From Yuukianura sp. NJ FZ-2021 (lineage: Eukaryota), in contig CM102286.1 in assembly GCA_046563655.1 (NCBI GenBank), forward strand, positions 13,206,001 to 13,270,000: 64,000 nucleotides of DNA, given 5' to 3'. A program made the translations under genes and the position numbers. Below the pieces are notes generated by a model. The model did not search any database and had not been told where the DNA came from. It was given only the letters and a program-made list of their open reading frames with translations. Of the stretch, positions 52,301 through 64,000 are shown piece after piece. Every line of letters starts with the position of its first letter. Within the stretch, counting starts at the first letter, position 1.

Positions 52301-55300
52301 ACAATTGCGTGTTGCAGATAAAATTCAAGCAGAAAAACTATGCTTATCGCCTTAAAATTTTGCGCAGTAAGTGTAACTAATCCTTCACATGGTAGGATTC
52401 AAATTTTGATTTTTAAAATTTTCGAAGCTGATTGATTACCTTTAAAATCATAATTTCCAAATTTTCAAATCAAAACTTCAATTTTTTTTTTGTAAAAACT
52501 GAAACTTTGAGTTGGAGTTAATGCAGGACATGGGAAAATAGTAATAATTATTATTAGGTTTTCGGGAAAAAGTAAAAGAGAAAGTTTTGATGAAAAGAAG
52601 AAGAAAGTCAAGTGAGGAGGGAAATAATAGGGAATTATTAGAAGGTTTTCCGTATGATGTGAGAAAAAAGGAGAAAACGCAAGAAAAAAAGTTTGGAAAG
52701 AAAAAATATGGAGCACACAGACGAAAAAAGTCATTTTTTCACTTTCTCTTTTCTTTTTCCCCTCTCTTTTTTTGGCAGGTGACAAGTACGAGTCGTTTCT
52801 GGTGGACAGTAGTTACCGAATGTTCATGCGCCTCAAAATTCGCAACTTGACGAAAAGCGACTTCGGTATCTTCAAATGTGTTGCCAAAAATTCATTAGGA
52901 GATACAGACGGCAACATCAAACTATACGGTAAGTTTCAAACCACAAAATAATTCGTGCCAAAAAATCTCAGCCGTGTCCTAACCTTATCCCAACATTTTT
53001 TTCTGCGTCAAGTGTGTCCACAAAGCGTCAATTAATGTACGTTAAATGCTACCCATCGTCCTAATCATCCCTGCCCATCATAATCAAAGTCTGAGAAAAA
53101 CGAAAAACAATTTATTTACGAATCCTTGTGAGAATCGTACCCGCGTCCTTGTTTTCCTTTCAATCTGCTTTCCTCCCTCCACAAAAAGAAATCCGTACAC
53201 TAAAATGACTTGGAGAGAGACTCGAAAGACATCATGAGCGTTTCAGCGTTACAGCGATTCAGCGTTTACGTCGTCTTATCTGTTTCTGGGAAGTTATAGT
53301 CCTTACGTGCTACACAAAGAAGAGTCAGAGACTACGACACTGCTTGGAGATGAAGAAAAACTGAAGGCAGAAGAGGATTGGAAGCCTTAACGTATTTATT
53401 TTAGGATTTTTATATTATCCCGCTCTTCCTCTTCCTTGGCGCGTCTCTACTTTTGCACCACAGTGGCATTCCCATGTCATAACAGATTTTCTGGATTTCG
53501 ATCAATCAAGATGTTGAAGCGTTTTTCCGTCTCTCCCCGTCCAAAACTTAATTGATTCCATTTCCCTCTCGGGGAAAACATTTCACACTTCTTTCTTCTT
53601 TTTCGAAAACTGGAGAAAACATTTCACATTTTTGTCACTTTTTTCAAAAACAGAGATTCCAGCGCCATCGTCAACAACTCAGGCCGTTACACCTAAAACA
53701 ACACCCCAACCAAAAACAAAAGCTAAGAAGAAAGGTAAGGCACAAATTCCTAAAAAGTTTCCAAAAATTCTATTTTAAACTAAATTTTCAAAATTCTCCA
53801 CAAATTTTAATTTGTCTGGAGAGTCAAACCACAAGCGAATTTGAGCAACTCCAAAATTTCAAAAATCAAAATTCCTTGACATCAACTTATTCTCGCTGCA
53901 CACGAAAACAGACTGCTGCTGCTGTTTCGTTTGCATTCCCCAGTCGAATTCTCCAAAACTTTTTGAAATTGTTCACAAAAAGTTTTGTGAAAAGTGAAAC
54001 TTTTACATTTTACTTTTGCTTTGTCTTTAAGATTTGAGCAGATTGTCTTGTCTGCCCAAATAAATGTTGGAAAGGTGTGTTTCTGTCTGTGGATGGATTG
54101 GATGCGGAGAAAGTTAGGGTGAAACTGTCTCGTTTTTTGGAACCAAAAGGAAAAGCGAATTTCCGGTTGGGAAACGGGAAACTACCCGGATTTCGAGTAG
54201 ACCAAGGGAAACTCAGTTTTCAAAATTCGGTTTCCAGCGCCTAAAAAACTTCTCTCTCTTTTCTAGACTTCTAGTAAATTAACTTTAAACTTTCCCATGG
54301 GGTGAAGAAAAATGCACTAACTTTCTAATGCGGCTTTAGACAAGTACTGGTCCTAGAAATAGTTACTCCCTCCATTCCAAAAATCCAGTTTTTACCCCAA
54401 ATTCAATTCTAACTCACTTTAAACGACTGTCACTTCGCCTAAACTGAAATTCATCATGGACACAATTTCCAACAAAAAAACGACCCCTGATCTACCTCAC
54501 TGTGAAGAAAGTTTGCATTTTTAAAACAGAGTATCAACTTTTTTAAAGAATTCTCTCCTTTTTTTTGAAATTTGCAAAGTGAAAGTAGCACACCAACTTC
54601 AGAAATTTTAGAAATGGGAAATGAATGACTCTACATCTTCCTCTTCCTTCTGTCTATGAATTCCCATGTTGAAATAAATCACGTCTTAGGAAGAGCTTCA
54701 ACGTTCAGTTCCGGATTTGATAACACCTTTCACCTTAAATCTTACTTTGCCCCACAAATCTTCACAGTAACACAAAATCCAAAATTTAAGAAAAACCTTA
54801 AAATCCTTGTTTCCAAAATTTTGAATAACGGAGAGTATACAACAACAAATTTTTTTAAAAAGGAAAAATGTTTTGCCACAGACAAATTTTGATTTGTTTA
54901 GAAAGTCCCTTGTATCCGTCTCGTTTCAAAATTTTGACTAATGCATATTTTTTGATTCTTTTAGATAAAACCAGTCTAATAAACGATGTCCTCGGATCCG
55001 AGTTTGGAGAATGGACTAACAGCAATACCAACCGAGGTTAGTCTGAACATAACCTAACAAACCTAACTTATTACGAAAATCCAGATGCTCAAAAGCACAT
55101 ATTAATTGGTCAACAATAACAGAATCCAGAAAACCTAACCTAATCTCCTGCACTAAATCTCGTTACCAGAAACCAAATAATCCATTAACCTAACTGTAAG
55201 CTATTGCAGACGCCATGTAAAATGAACTCCTTGATTGATATCTTGATTGTACACTGACAAATGGACTTTTGGACATTTGAGTTATTCTACAGAAGAGCCG

Positions 55301-58088
55301 AGGGTCAGAAGTGAGGGTTGGGGGAGGTTAAGGTTATTTGTCTTTTGGTTTTACAAATGAACTTAAGTTAGGCTAAGAACCAAGCCTAACCAAAGGAGAA
55401 GTGGAAAACAATGGGGTGTTTGTAGATGGTTGATTATTGATTCATGAGTTGATTTAAGAGAGGCCTTTTGAACTTGAGCCCTATGAGGGGGATCAACTGA
55501 CTCACAGCAGGGTTTGCCACGGGAGTCCACACACTTTCTTCGTTCCTGGGAAAAGTGAAAGTGCAGGAAGAGACAGCACAGCATCTCATCTGCTAATCGG
55601 AGGAGATAATCCATTAACTCCCTCCTGCCTACGTTAGGTTAGCCTAGTCTGCCTCCCTTTCCCTCCAAGTCCAAAGTACGCAGAACAATAATTAGCAAAA
55701 GGATCTTATTACAACAGCACACATTAGACAAGGAATTCACCATCTCCAACCACTTACCCCCTCTAACATAGGTGAAAACCTAGCGTCAAATACTCAAAAC
55801 CACTCATTAAACCATAACAAAATCCCCCACGAAACATAAAATGCACTTCTAACCTTGTTTTCCTTCATTAGCAACTCAAAAACTACATTTCTAAAGCATC
55901 AAAAACCTAACCTAGCACCACTAGTACCTCGTTTTCTTATTTTTGCTCATAATAAGAAAACGAGGTACTAGTTTTTTCTAGGAGGCAGTTTTCAAATTTG
56001 AAAAAAATTTCAGTTGCCTCATGAAGCGCTAAATAGAAAGTATCAATTTTTTAAAATTTTGTCTACAATCGTAATGGAGAAAGTATTTTTGAAAAGGTTA
56101 GTTTTTTCCATAAGCGTTGCAATGGAAGTGAAAAAGACCACTAAAAACCCGCTTTCTAAAAAGAGGCAGACTAGGTTTGGATTGATTGTTTAGATTTTAG
56201 AAAATTCCAATTTTTTCTATGATTTCCCTAGCTGGTTTCAAGGGGTTGATGTACGGACTTAAGGGTCATCGTCTCAAGTTAGGTTAACCTATGGAACATT
56301 GTATGGAGAAAGCTAAAGAGAAAACGTGTTAAGGCACAGAGACAAGAATTTAAGTTTCCATTGTTATAAATCTCATGTTTTCTGATCCGTTAAACACCTT
56401 CCTGCCGATTGGTTAGACACCCGAACCGACACCACTGGGTTTTAGATTCGAATCTCCTTCTTTTTTTCAAAAACCGAAATCGGAGAAACACAAGTAAAAA
56501 GAAAAAAGAAAAGTCGGGATCCTGTTTTCCTAAAAAATGTAAAAACTTCCCCCTTTGTCTCCCTCGTCCTCCACTGGGCTCCATTAAAGTAAATTCAATT
56601 CAAGCATGTGGAATGGGTCGTTTCAGATTTATGTAACTTTCTCCATATGAATTCTGATTTTGAAATAATTCTTTTTCTCCTAAAACCTGACTTACGCTCT
56701 GGGACTTTCTCTCTTCCTGCTTACCACCACCAACACCAACAAAAAAAACGGAAAAAAAAGAGCAAGTATTGAATTCGAAAATAACCAAAACGGAGAATTC
56801 TTACTAAATTTTCCGCAATTTTCATTTTTTTAAACTCTAATTTACCAATTTCCAAAATTCTCTTCATCCCTGAACACTTTTCACTCTGTTAACTTTCTCT
56901 TTACATGGATTTTTCATATTTTTTCGCATTACATATTATTAAGATATGTTTTTCCGTAATAACTGCTTTTTTTTTTTGAAAACATAACTTCAGCTAGACA
57001 AAAAATAGTCAAATTGACAACAACTGACCCAAACCAGACTTACTTGTTAGTAAAAAAACCAAGATTAAACAAAAAGCTGCCTTTGGAGATCAGAGATCTG
57101 CCTATAAGTTTTCAATGCGTTTGTTAACACAATTCCAAGAGTTTAAGCAAACGTACAAGACTTTGTATAGGATCCAAAAGTGAAAGTAGAAGTGAAAGTG
57201 GGGAATAGGAAACGACTTTTGGTGACAAAGACGAACGACACGGGTGAAACTTTAGCCGGTGCCTAACCTAACATAGACGAGGCCTACTACCGGAATCCTT
57301 GGTCAAAAAATACGACCTACCTGCCTCCTGGTCCTCTCCACGCTTTTTCTCATTCAAATCCACTTTCACCCGCCAAAGATCCAGTTTCACTGTCACACAC
57401 TTTCACTACAAAAATTTAGAAATTCGAACCTTGCCGCTACTTCCTATGTGAACCGACTTCCTTTTCCCTCACTGTCCACCCCAATTTTCATTTTCTTCTA
57501 AAAAAAAACTAGTGACTGACCAATTGTTCTCTTTCGTGGTCCAAGTTTCGTCCTTTTCTATTTTCCTATTCTGAAAAATCTATAAAATATTTATCACTTC
57601 CTTTTGTTCCAAATTGGAAGTGAAGCGTCTGTTACTCCCTTTGAATTATTCATAACTTCCCTCCATTTCTCAAACAAAAAAGAAAACCTTTTGTAATTTT
57701 TCAAACAACCAGTTTCTAAACTTTCACTTTTTCCCCGGAATGTCCCATTTTTAGCCTTAAAAAGAAAACTGTTGACCTTTTTAACCCAAAAATTCAACCA
57801 GAACACATTTCGATTTTTTTGTCAAAATTTTGTGTTTTTTTTTCAGTGGGTCAACCGAATTATGAAGATTTAGAAAATCGTAATGCGTTAAACTCCGGAG
57901 CTAGTCTACTGCTACCCTACTGGAGTTACTACTTCGACCTCTGGCGACATATCCGCACTTCTGGGGTCAACGACCCCTCACTGCCCAGTACATTGAGTTG
58001 CGTACTCCACGGACTTAGATTCATGTGCCTCTGCTTAGCAACCACCAGCCTCACTTTCTTCCTAGGCAAACTCCACCAGATTCATTAA
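31302..58088 (+). CDS. Dpr-interacting protein (DIP)/lachesin/IgLON-like 3-Ig cell adhesion protein, 15 exons: 31302-31383, 36304-36348, 38399-38458, 38575-38618, 40358-40471, 41296-41340, 41456-41504, 42044-42199, 49335-49409, 49503-49556, 49676-49813, 52779-52928, 53654-53734, 54965-55036, 57847-58088 (468 aa)
   Basis: Signal peptide. Ig1 PRFSQPIPNVTV..CVVDNLRSYKVAWVRVDTQTILTI..DRGWYMCQVNTDPM. Ig2 VPPKII..CKAKGHPEPYVMWRRED..SRLHMAAYLCIASNGIPPSISKR. Ig3 LECQTEAYPKSINYW..CVAKNSLGDTDGNIKLY. Hydrophobic C-terminus (GPI-like). Exons sum to 1407 nt in frame. Confidence 0.92.
35183..35812 (+). CDS. Unknown secreted cysteine-rich protein, 209 aa, intronless, nested in DIP intron 1
   Basis: Hydrophobic signal peptide, 12 Cys, 4 N-glycosylation sequons, AAAATG start context and AATAAA at 35858. 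Confidence 0.8.
   Translation: MNRKFTIFLQFLVLGLAFGGKVMDEYEAIVKIYESKGTLNYGEKCNYDDQRKHVELEKTLHQKLVNLTTNETLTEIVRAFEKFTKSVTLPLCNFNAYLQCNRATNTCDCFVPSESGIPLNTTTTVVKANGTNTCELTAGSTCDPARSASVKCAGPSICRIAENVKEECNIRTAMIIMLNKFPNYDDVTLLRIGYNSLIGGMCKCITIAQ
46110..46330 (+). mobile_element. Possible degenerate 3' fragment of an RTE-like non-LTR retrotransposon
   Basis: Broken frames give RKVL..RTRG..WKDAMER..GL..DKWRK, resembling the RTE ORF C-terminus pattern. Stops and frameshifts are present. Confidence 0.25.
46350..46990. repeat. Strand-asymmetric CT-rich degenerate minisatellite (CTCATACTC / CTCATTTCCTCA-like units)
   Basis: Repeated short motifs with almost no G on the plus strand. It generates the spurious ORFs 46400-47065 and 46512-46931. 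Confidence 0.85.
47241..47556. repeat. Near-perfect 158-bp tandem duplication
   Basis: Copies start at 47241 and 47399 (CAATTTTTGAAGGTTCCTGTAAC). One substitution seen (GGAATAAAG vs GGAACAAAG). Confidence 0.95.
55920..55972. repeat. Perfect 22-bp inverted repeat with a 9-nt loop
   Basis: ACTAGTACCTCGTTTTCTTATT-tttgctcat-AATAAGAAAACGAGGTACTAGT. Confidence 0.95.
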
Positions 58089-59682
58089 CACTTTCCAAAT
58101 TTGGAATTTCGGTGTTAAATTTTGAAACAAAACTCACCATTTCCACTTCAAAATCTTCAAGGACGCCGGATTTTGGATCCATTGTATTCTTGTACTTCAA
58201 AAACAAAAGTCCCACAAACCAAAATACACAAATTACCTCTCTCTCCAGATTCAAAATCCTCAAAATTGACAACTGAAAACAATTTCAAAATTTGTAACAC
58301 TCTACTCATTCCACTATTTGAAGTTGATTAAAATTTTGTTTACATAAACATACCCTACTCAATAAACGTCCAACCGCACTTTACAGCAGTATTATAAACA
58401 AAACATACAATACTAACTTTGTAGTTAACTAAAACCTGACAACATCTAACTTAGGTCTAACCTCTAACCATAACAAACGCTTCGATAAGAAATGATTTTT
58501 GATTTCATATATTAGTTTAAATTAATTAATGTTAAAATTAACGTCATGGACCAGTAATCACTATGCCGCTAATCTTTAGATTTCAATCCTGCACACCTAG
58601 GTTAAAATTTGAAGTTTGAAATTTGACTGTACGCTAAGATTTTTTTAAAAATTCCGATTTTGTTTCAATCAAAAATTCTGTTTTAGTATGTATCCCAGGT
58701 ACACCGATTGTTCAAAAATCAGTTAAGTGCTACTCACGATCACGGGTATAACCAAGAAAAAAATTCACATTTTTTCCAAAGAATTTTTTTTGAGTTGCGC
58801 TTAACTGGAATGGACGATCTCTGCAAAGGCCTTTTTCATAAAACCAAAAACCGTATGGTGTGAAGCATATCCAAAGTTAAAAAATTTTCCAAAAAATGAC
58901 TAGAAATTTAAATTAGAGTTAACAAAATTATTATTTTGTGTTGAGCATTGATGTAAACCAGAATTAAAACAAAATCCCACCTAATGTAATTCGTAGTGGA
59001 AGTCAAAACGTGTAGAATGTGTCTAATATGAGGTCAAAATTTTACCAAAATTTGTAAAAACCTAGAAGTTGAAACAGAAATTTATAAATAAAAATCTGAA
59101 AAATTTTCATACTAAAAATCTCATTTTCCACCCTGATGAACAAATAATTTACTAAATTTTTGCATTTTTCCTCCACAATTTTAACATATGAATAACAACA
59201 TTTGAAATTTATGTCAAAATGTGCCTAACTAATAATGTGACAAGCGGATCTAACATAAATGGAATACCAAAAAATAAGTACTATTGCCCAATCTAAGTGT
59301 ATAATATTGCTCGTCATTTCTTCATTTTAACTTTCACTAAATTAAGACTAATCAACTTACTAACATTTCATAACGATGTGTCATTTGTCAATTGTGATAT
59401 TTCAGGAAAAGTTTCCAGTAACCGTTTCAGTGGCAAGATTAGGCTAGTTAGGCTATTAACCTAACTTGGACATCCTACTCCAACCTATGACCTATTAATA
59501 ATTAAAGCTATATTGTCAACAGTGAAAGTTCCTTTCGATGAAACATTTTTCGTTTCGAAGCCAAAACGTTTAAGCCGAATATCCCATAAGAAAATTCCTG
59601 AGTTTTCGGAATGACGCTTGACCTGCTCTGACCTCCGATCCTGCTAACATTTTTCCGCTTTTTCCATTCTTTGAAAATCTTG

Positions 59683-62600
59683 TCAGTTGATTTGGAAAGA
59701 AAGTGGTGGATTGTATTTCCAAACGAGTTGAGAAAACTGAACTTGTCTTTTCGTATCTCCAACGTTCCCGCCTCCACTCAAGCGAGTGGATCCATCCTTC
59801 CGGGTCAACTTCAAATCAACTTTGTAGAGACCAGGAACAAAGTAAATGAGTGAAACTGAGTGTTGGAACGACTTTCCTGGCAGAATCTACAGAAATGTCA
59901 TAACGATTACTTAAAAAAGTGAAAACTTTCACACATGCTGTCACAAGAAACACAAGAAAAACTAAAAGTCGCACTCAACTGGCACCAAAAAACCAATAAA
60001 AATCAATCCAAACATAACAGTAACAGGAAACCCAACAAACTAGCCATTTTGGTTGAGCAATTTCGAAACTACGGTTAGTTGGATTCAAACGCGAAAAGAA
60101 AGAACTCAAGCAGTGAAAAAAGACACGAAAAAAAATTCAGCAGCAACATGAACACAAAAAAAATTTACCAGCGACACTCGGATACCAAGGAAAAAATTGT
60201 ACCGGAAGAGGCAACATTCGGACACTACAAAAATCGAGTCGGAAAAAAATCGAGCGGGAAAAAATCGTACAGGAAGAGGCAACACTCTGACACCAAAAAA
60301 TCGAACGGGGAAAAATCGTACAGGAAGAGGCAACATTCGGGGATACCAAAAAATCGAGCCGGAAAAAATCGTGCAGGAAGAACACCAATCGTGCACCAAA
60401 AAATCGAGCTAAAAAAATAAAAAAATCGTGCAAGGAGAGGAACATTCTGGCACCAAAAAAATCGTGCCGGGAGAAGCACAATCTGATGTGCACCAAAAAA
60501 TCGAGGAGTGCCAGGGACACCAAAAAAAGCGACCAGCGACATTCGAGCACCCAAAAAATGAAAAGTATGCCAAACACTTTTTTTTGAAAGAAAAGTTTGG
60601 CCTGGATTTTGGGTTCAAAGCACAAGCGAATTAAAATTCTCACGGTTTCCCGGAGAGGTTGAGAAAAGATGCTATTTCTTACCTCTACGATTTCCACTGA
60701 ATCGTTTCCGATGACAGCTACTCTGGAGTCGAGGCGATAGTTATACCTCTCGTTCAAATAATCTTGGTAGAATGCCAGGGAGAGATGAACATCTTGTAAT
60801 TCTTCTCGCAAGTGATTCTTCAAACATACGTCTACATTTATCTTCTCTCCCGCCTCAAAGTGCATTTCCTCCGTTTTGGCCAACTCTCCATTTATTGCAA
60901 TTTCTAAAGGAAACGAGAGAAAAGAAGCCACTTAAGCCTCAACCTTTATCCTCTTCTATCAATGCTGTTCCACTTAAGACTCTTACCCCATTCAATCGGT
61001 GACACCGTTGCTAATTGAACCATTTCAGGCGTAAGACGAATTCCTTCCAGAGTTGCTTTTCCAGAACAATCAGGTAGGGTCCACTTAACGTCAACATTCT
61101 TTACAATATGCTGACAGCAGACTGCTTCTTCTTTTCCTAAAAACATGTTGAAATATAATCAAACCCCACAAGTAATCAAACTCAAAATGTAGAAAATTAT
61201 TTTCAAATGTTGTCTCACCTTTCTCTACGTCAGCTACGGAGCACTTCTCAAGAGGAACCGGAATTCTACAAGTTTCCAACTTCTCGACTAATATTTGTTT
61301 CGTACCCGCATACTGTAGCTCCATTTCATGTTGAGTGGCATTGCAAATGTCAAGTACAATGTAGAACTGAGAAGGTCTAGAATGACAAAAAAAGTTGTGA
61401 ATCAGCCAGCGATGACAAAAACACGCAAGTAAACTAATGCCACAGACTTACGATTCGCCAGGTAATGTATCCCATTTTGTGATGAAGAGAGTTGGAGCAA
61501 CTTCAACGTTAAGAGCAATACCGCAGTGTCTGAAATGTCCGCTCTGTCTTCCAGGACCTCCAGTGTATTTCAGTTTCAGAACAGCCTCATACGTCTGAAA
61601 CACAAAATCACAAAAACATTATAAAATAAATTTTTTTAATAATTTTATAGTTAAATTAAATTAATGAAATTGACCTTGACCTTACCTTGTTGTAATTGAT
61701 CAGCGAAACTTTTGGAGTAGCAGCGGAGAAGGAATTGAAGCTTCCCCCACTTTTACCACTAGACCTAAAAGCAAAATCAAGGTTAACTAAAGAAAATCAT
61801 AGTTAAATTCGGTGGAAATTTTTGAATGTTCAAAATTTTCATACTTTGATGCTACAGATTCCGTTCTCTTGGCCGTTGACCTGAGCCGTTCCGAAATGGC
61901 ACCTAATCTCGATGGAAGGGAACTTGGTCCATCACCAATCGGTTGTGTGTTTCCCATGGGCATGGACGAGGTACTGCTTGTATCACAGGCTTGCAGGTCC
62001 GGTTGACCAATAAACTCTCCTGCTCCATAGATATACACCGTAAAACTGGCAGAACATCCTGGTTGGATTGGCAGTTGAGCTTGAAGGTTGTCATCACTCC
62101 AACTAAAAATCTCACTTATTCTGGCATCAATTCTGGAATCAATGGAGATTTCCAGGGATTCAATTGGTACTTTTCCCGTATTGATCAAAGCTACGCTACA
62201 CTCTTGACTTTCGCCCATCAACAAGGACACACTAGCACTCGTAACAATGGAATCGGAGAAGGAGCTGAAAAATTCTGATTTAGGTTTGGACGTTTCCACC
62301 TACAACAATAAAATCACAAAATTGAAAGAAAAAAATCGTCATATTTTTATGAGAATATCTTTTTCCAAAATCCAATTACCGCAAGACACGGGAGTGCAGC
62401 GACGACCTCAATATCAATATGTGGACACTTCATGGCACGAATGTTTTTCAGTCGTATATTTGATTTTACACCAAGTGTGTAAGTAGAGTACCCTAAAAAT
62501 ACAAAAAGTTACTCAAAATTTTAACAAACAAAATTCCTTTTACTTTTGAAATTGTGAAATTCAATTCTGTACCTAATATTCTGAGATTTCCGGGTCCCAG

Positions 62601-64000
62601 CGGTATCCCAGTCAGCGTCGCAGGGAATGTCGACTCTGCCGGAATCGAAATCACGTTGGAATTGACATGAAATCCAACACCTTCCGTTATAAGACACTGC
62701 AACAAACAAACAAAGACGTGAGCAATTATTTCAGCATTTAGCATTCCCTCTGATGAACAATATTTCCTCAAGCATTACTTACAATTGAGCTCAATTTCAG
62801 TTCGATCGGTAGAGGATTCTCCAGAATTACGCTTACTTCACACATTTCGCCTTCTACCCAGCAGAATTCTGTTCAACAAAGAAGCCAATACTTTTAATTT
62901 ACTTTGGAAGTTTAACGACAATCAGCGTAAATGAAAGATTCATTTGCTACGTACCCGACTTGCTACTGTCCGATGGATCTTTCTTTCGATTAGCAGTAAA
63001 CGGAGTGTAAACGAATGGACTAATTTCTTCAACCGTATTCTTAACTTCTAATTTTTCAGGCCTCAAATGTGGTGTAGGTTGAATGAGTTTAAACATTCTG
63101 CAGAAAACAGGAAGAATTAAGTGGCACAGTCACTGTCATTTCTAAAGATCATTTTCCTCAAATTCATAAAAGTACTTACTTGATTAGAGGAATCGTAGAT
63201 AAATGTACTGGAGGAGCAATTGCACCATTGTCAAGCGCGATGGGAGTTGGAACGCCTTCACTGTCTTTCGACAGCATTTCAAGCTGCATGGCAAACTCAC
63301 CGCGTTCTGCAGTACTCAACTGCAATAGAAAGGAAAAAATTCAGTACCTATTTGCCTTGATTGCATTGCATAACATCGTCTTATCCCCAAATCCCCGGGG
63401 AAGGCATCAAATCCCCGGAGAAAATCATACACTGGAAAAAAAAGTACTGCCAACATTTTTAACTTACATGTGGTAGCATAGTATGAAGTAATAATGTCAT
63501 GTGACGAGTTGCAAGAGCGTTGGCTCCTTTCTTCTTCGCTGTTCCCACGAGTTCCTGAAGCACTTGAATTTGTAACCGCGCCCAACCGTAGTATCCAAAC
63601 GCTCGCGGTTCGTTAGGGTCTACTGATAAATTGTAACCGTCAAGCAGTTGAAGAAGGAGAGAATGACAGAGATTCCAGTTTGGTTGAGGATTGCTGGGGG
63701 ATACACATCGCATGGCAGCTACGCGTTTAAAAAAAGCTGCTTTTCGATGAAACCCTAAGCGGCTATACATTTCCGACAGGGCGTTAAACCTTTGCATCTA
63801 AAACAGAGAGCACAAATTGAATTATATGCCAACGTCTACTAAGTTGAAATCTTTAAGGTTAGGGAAGGCTTCGTTAGTGTTACCTTCTCCTCTTCTGTAA
63901 GTTGTAAACAAATGAATACGGCGTTTTGCAAGAAATCAGCAGCCAGCAGAGTCTGCTTCTGTTCAATTAACACCATAGCTGCCTTAATACTGGCCTCCGT
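59683..64000 (-). CDS. TRAPPC9: TRAPPC9 / brunelleschi (Trs120, NIBP), 3' portion, about 14 exons; last exon 59683-59886; 5' end lies beyond the window
   Basis: QRFNALSEMYSRLGFHRKAAFFKRVAAMRCVSP, GWARLQIQVLQELV, RHMTLLLHTM, LINTGKVPIESLEI, FSWSDDNLQAQLPIQPG, CRIPVPLEKC, FYQDYLN. Stop TGA at 59683-59685. Confidence 0.93.
60100..60560. repeat. Degenerate minisatellite (AAAAAATCG..CAGGAAGAGGCAACA..CACC units) in the last TRAPPC9 intron
   Basis: AAAAATCG recurs about ten times, interleaved with GAAGAGGCAACA. It produces several overlapping repetitive ORFs. Confidence 0.85.

Noticed and set aside
57170..57210. Alternative terminal DIP exon (GSKSESRSESGE-stop) giving a secreted isoform
   Set aside because: Weak acceptor with no pyrimidine tract; unsupported without RNA data.
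20654..64000. Functional clustering of trafficking genes NBAS and TRAPPC9
   Set aside because: They are over 30 kb apart, separated by an unrelated gene, with no evidence beyond coincidence.

Overview
Eukaryotic, AT-rich, intron-containing DNA. The gene content (a Dpr-interacting-protein/lachesin-like Ig gene, a gprs-like BTB gene, an FPPS with an N-terminal targeting leader) and the many ~55-100 nt introns point to an arthropod. A springtail-like hexapod is a guess only. Positions 1-27.5 kb are a compact gene cluster: FPPS (-), UXT (+), RpL34 (-), FBXL16 (+), UBL7 (+), gprs-like BTB/BACK (+) and NBAS (-). Two intronless genes, COX19 and PPCDC, lie in tandem on the same strand inside one NBAS intron. 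Positions 31.3-58.1 kb hold a 15-exon DIP/IgLON-type adhesion gene with an intronless secreted Cys-rich orphan gene nested in intron 1. The window ends in the 3' part of TRAPPC9/brunelleschi (-). Best leads: the candidate nested dicistronic COX19-PPCDC unit, a GC-rich box C/D-like structured RNA in a putative 5' intron upstream of FPPS, the nested orphan secreted protein, an apparently C-terminally shortened NBAS, and a 318-bp palindromic tandem array. Exon models were read by eye from GT-AG sites and frame continuity. No database searches were run.
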